In this document: piece after piece, positions 54,166 to 56,764 of the stretch
How positions within the stretch are numbered: position 1 is the first letter of the stretch
Layout of the letters: each line of letters starts with the position of its first letter
Assembly (NCBI GenBank): GCA_902796475.1
Contig: CADBPE010000013.1
Coordinates: forward strand, 1-56,764
Origin: an uncultured Ruminococcus sp.
GTDB lineage: Bacteria; Bacillota; Clostridia; Oscillospirales; Acutalibacteraceae
Reading direction: 5' to 3'
DNA length: 56,764 nt
The notes under the pieces: model-generated
What the model was told of the DNA's origin: nothing
Databases searched by the model: none
What the model saw: only the letters and a program-made list of their open reading frames with translations
Program-made: the position numbers and the translations under genes

Positions 54166-54393
54166 TTAAACCGATAAATGAGCAGGTGCGCTGACCACGC
54201 TAATTACAGTTCATAAAAAACGATAGCGCAGAAGTATCTGCTTAAGATCACAGGACAAAAGGGCAGCCGCTGTTACGGATGCCCTTTGTTAGTGCGCAAA
54301 AGCCGCTGCATAAACATAAAAATATGCGGCGCATACCGAAAATGACCGAGGAAAAGCAGAATTTTACAAGGTCTGCATAAGGAGGAAACAATA

Positions 54394-55572
54394 ATGCGTC
54401 CTGCAACAGCGCTGAACTCCGGAAGGAGCTGTACCAAGGAGCAGCTGAAAGAATGGCTGGAAAGCTATGAGGATATCGCCCGTATTTACCCCGACAGAAA
54501 GGAACAGGCAGATGTCCTGATATCACGGATAAAGATGGCTTATGAGCTTCTTTCGTCAGGAAGGGGAGAGGATTGTCCTGAACTTGACGGCAAATTTCCG
54601 CTTGGCTGCGAAGCTGATATGAGCTTTGCCGGCGAATTTTTCGATACCGATGAGCTTGCGCTTATTCAGGCGGGCGCATCATGGGCTGTCGATATTGACA
54701 GATATGAGGAGCTTTCCGATACTACCTGTATCCGCAGAGGATTTATAGAGGAGATACACGGAAATTTTGTGACTGCCCTGAACTGCTACAACAGCGTGTC
54801 GGATATTGAAATGGCGGAGGAACGTATAGCTCTTGTCACCGAAAAAAAGAAGGAGCTTGCCGCAGGATATTATCGGCAGGCGCAGTCGCTGATAAGCAGC
54901 AAAAATTACGGCGAGGTGTACTATTATCTTTCAAAGGCGGCTGATCTGGGACATACGGAGGCAATGACGGAACAGGCGCTCTGCGAGGCTTACGGGAGAT
55001 ACTGCAGCGGTTTTTCTCCGGACGAAGCAAAGGAAAAGCTGAAAAAGGCGGCTGATGCCGGCAGTAAGCGGGCTAAGGAGCTTATAGACGGCGGCTTTTG
55101 CGAAAAGACAAGGCGTGATCTGCTGCTTGACCTTATAAATGAAGGGGACACCGATGCTCTGTGGCAAATGGCTCTGCTTTGCCGTCAGGAGGGAAATAAG
55201 GAGGGGACTTTGAAGTGGCTTTCAAAGGCTATGGACGCCCGTCAGCCTGATGCGCTTTACGACGCCGCAAATGCGTTTATGTCCGGAACCGACAGTGAGA
55301 CACGGCGGCTTGGCAGGGAATATCTGCTGCTTGCAGCAGAAGAGGGTCAGCCGGAGGCAATGTACCGCGCAGCCTGCGATATGGAAAAGCTGAGCGATGC
55401 AAAGGCGAAGTCTGAAAAGATACTCAGCTATTACGAGGGCGCCGCCGCCAGCGGTCTTATAGACGCTATGGAAAGGTGCTTTCAGATATACCGGTACGGT
55501 ACGGGATTTGCCGCTCCTGATGAAGAAAAAGCGGGTTTTTACTCACGCATGCTTTCAAGGTACAAGGGCTGA
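54394..55572 (+). CDS. Sel1/TPR-repeat protein with a J-domain-like N-terminus (YPD instead of HPD)
   Basis: AAGGAGG SD. Residues 15-55, KEQLKEWLESYEDIARIYPDRKEQADVLISRIKMAYELLSS, resemble J-domain helices II-III. Several Sel1-like A-x-x-G-x-x-x-A repeats follow. Confidence 0.6.
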   Translation: MRPATALNSGRSCTKEQLKEWLESYEDIARIYPDRKEQADVLISRIKMAYELLSSGRGEDCPELDGKFPLGCEADMSFAGEFFDTDELALIQAGASWAVDIDRYEELSDTTCIRRGFIEEIHGNFVTALNCYNSVSDIEMAEERIALVTEKKKELAAGYYRQAQSLISSKNYGEVYYYLSKAADLGHTEAMTEQALCEAYGRYCSGFSPDEAKEKLKKAADAGSKRAKELIDGGFCEKTRRDLLLDLINEGDTDALWQMALLCRQEGNKEGTLKWLSKAMDARQPDALYDAANAFMSGTDSETRRLGREYLLLAAEEGQPEAMYRAACDMEKLSDAKAKSEKILSYYEGAAASGLIDAMERCFQIYRYGTGFAAPDEEKAGFYSRMLSRYKG

Positions 55573-55629
55573 AGCGCAGAGCCTGATAACTGAACAGAAA
55601 AAATTTACTGAACAAAGGAGACGAATATC

Positions 55630-55812
55630 ATGGAAGAAAAAGAGCTTATACTTGATGCGATGAAAAAGGCCGGAGAGCCGCTGAACGCCGGCAAAATAGC
55701 CGAACTGACAGGACTTGACCGCAAGGTGGTAGACAAGACCATGAACGCTATGAAGAAGGACGGTTCAATAGTATCTCCCGTAAGGTGCAAGTGGGAGCCT
55801 GCGGTCAAATGA
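55630..55812 (+). CDS. Small winged-helix DNA-binding protein (60 aa)
   Basis: AAGGAGACG SD. The segment LNAGKIAELTGLDRKVVDKTMNAMKKDGSIVSP has a wHTH pattern. ATGA overlap with the next gene. Confidence 0.65.
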   Translation: MEEKELILDAMKKAGEPLNAGKIAELTGLDRKVVDKTMNAMKKDGSIVSPVRCKWEPAVK

Positions 55813-56309
55813 GCGCGGCTCAAAGCATAATACACCCGTTTCCGCCGCTGTTTGATAAGGCTTCGGAAACGTTGATACTGGGCAGCTTTCCGTCGGTGCG
55901 CTCGCGTGAACAGGGATTTTTCTACGGACATCCGCAGAATCGTTTCTGGCGTGTGCTTGCGCTTATCTTCGATGAAGAGCTGCCCTCTACAATAGACGAG
56001 AAGAAAAAGATTGTGCTGAGTCATGGGCTTGCGCTGTGGGATTCGATACACTCCTGCACGATAACCGGTTCCTCAGACAGCTCTGTAAAGGATGTCGTGC
56101 CTAACGATATCAGCGGGATCATCAGCGGGAGCAGAATATCAAGGATATTCTGCAACGGCGCTCTGTCTCACAAAATGTATATGAAGTATATTTATCCCTC
56201 TGCCGGCATAGCTGCGGCAAAGCTGCCCTCGACAAGTCCTGCAAATGCAGCATGGTCAGTGCAAAGGCTCGTTTCCGCGTGGAGCGTGATAAAAGCGCCC
56301 TGTCAATAG
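55809..56309 (+). CDS. Uracil-DNA-glycosylase-superfamily protein (hypoxanthine/deoxyinosine DNA glycosylase-like)
   Basis: ATG 55809. ILGSFPSVRSREQGFFYGHPQNRFW matches the family-6 UDG-type N-terminal motif as I recall it. Confidence 0.65.
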   Translation: MSAAQSIIHPFPPLFDKASETLILGSFPSVRSREQGFFYGHPQNRFWRVLALIFDEELPSTIDEKKKIVLSHGLALWDSIHSCTITGSSDSSVKDVVPNDISGIISGSRISRIFCNGALSHKMYMKYIYPSAGIAAAKLPSTSPANAAWSVQRLVSAWSVIKAPCQ

Positions 56310-56390
56310 CAGCTTGATATTTCGCCGTCTGCGGGCAGTGAATGAACGTGACTTTTGCGAAAAAGTCCCATTTTGTATGACCTGCAGAGC

Positions 56391-56431
56391 AAAATTGATT
56401 TCCCTGATTCCGTCACACGGAAATCAATTTT
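56391..56431. repeat. Type-A box inverted pair, copy A5
   Basis: AAAATTGATTTCC-N15-GGAAATCAATTTT, with perfect 13-bp arms. Confidence 0.8.
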
Positions 56432-56528
56432 CAAAAAACCAATCCGTTCGAGAAGAAAGCTTTACTAAATTTCGCAATGTTTTAATCACAAAACACAAGT
56501 TTTTTAGGAAGGACGGAAAGCCTCCGCA

Positions 56529-56610
56529 CCCGAATTAGTCTTTGGAGAGAAATCTACTTTCAATATATAATATCTCTCAAAGAGTAATTCGGGACCGGCA
56601 GCTTGCCGGT
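56529..56610. repeat. Type-B palindromic sub-family, copy B6
   Basis: Arms CCCGAATTAGTCTTTGGAGAG ... CTCTCAAAGAGTAATTCGGG, followed by ACCGGCAGCTTGCCGGT. Same arm sequence as 32378-32488. Confidence 0.75.
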
Positions 56611-56618
56611 TGTTCCTG

Positions 56619-56665
56619 ACAAAGGGTTTCCCCCAGTGTAACTTGCAGCGCAAAAATTGATTTCC
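56619..56665 (+). repeat. Type-A element, copy A4
   Basis: ACAAAGGGTTTCCCCCAGTGTAACTTGCAGCGCAAAAATTGATTTCC. Confidence 0.85.
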
Positions 56666-56764
56666 GTGATTCCGTCAGCCAGGGTTTTTGAATGAGTAAA
56701 TAAACTGTTAACAGGTTTGTATTTTTATCATGATTTCTTACGAAATCATGATAAAAGCAATGGA

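Overview
This 56.8-kb window looks like ordinary chromosome from a Firmicutes (Clostridia-like) genome. Genes have Shine-Dalgarno leaders, many intergenic regions carry TTGACA-N17-TATAAT type promoters, and class-3 FBPase, YhaM and a fructose PTS are present. I count about 45 credible protein genes. I found no rRNA, tRNA, CRISPR array, integrase, transposase or phage genes. Recognisable blocks, left to right: proBA; a three-gene operon of small Pro-rich proteins; a WYL regulator; a Zn-ribbon/TPM membrane pair; a cmk-like/lipoprotein/LbH/asparaginase operon; an xth plus ABC-2/GldG/DUF4340 operon; an HMA protein with a MacB-type ABC exporter; an orphan condensation-domain protein; a propeller/Y_Y_Y HD-GYP sensor; Rrf2; tetR with an Sfp-type PPTase; two COG0523 (CobW-like) GTPases; XRE; a histidine phosphatase; a vWA lipoprotein; an S1 protein; fbp; fruR-fruK-fruA-ptsH-ptsI; yhaM; an M13 peptidase with a second MacB-type ABC pair; DUF1963; a Sel1 protein; and a small wHTH protein coupled to a DNA glycosylase. 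I cannot point to a clear new multi-gene protein system. The most unusual signal is non-coding. A dispersed hairpin + TTGATTTCC element (Type A, at least 6 copies) sits exactly 30 nt upstream of the -35 hexamer of four unrelated operons, while the sequence in between is not conserved. A second modular GC-palindrome family (Type B) sits mostly at gene 3' ends. Secondary candidates are the Zn-ribbon/TPM pair with the nearby WYL regulator, the His/Cys-rich COG0523 GTPase next to a COG0523-like/DUF1980-like fusion, an M13 peptidase coupled to an ABC exporter whose ATPase has a Q/N/Y-rich N-terminal extension, and a Sel1 protein with a degenerate J-domain-like N-terminus. All family assignments come from motif reading by eye, not from database searches.
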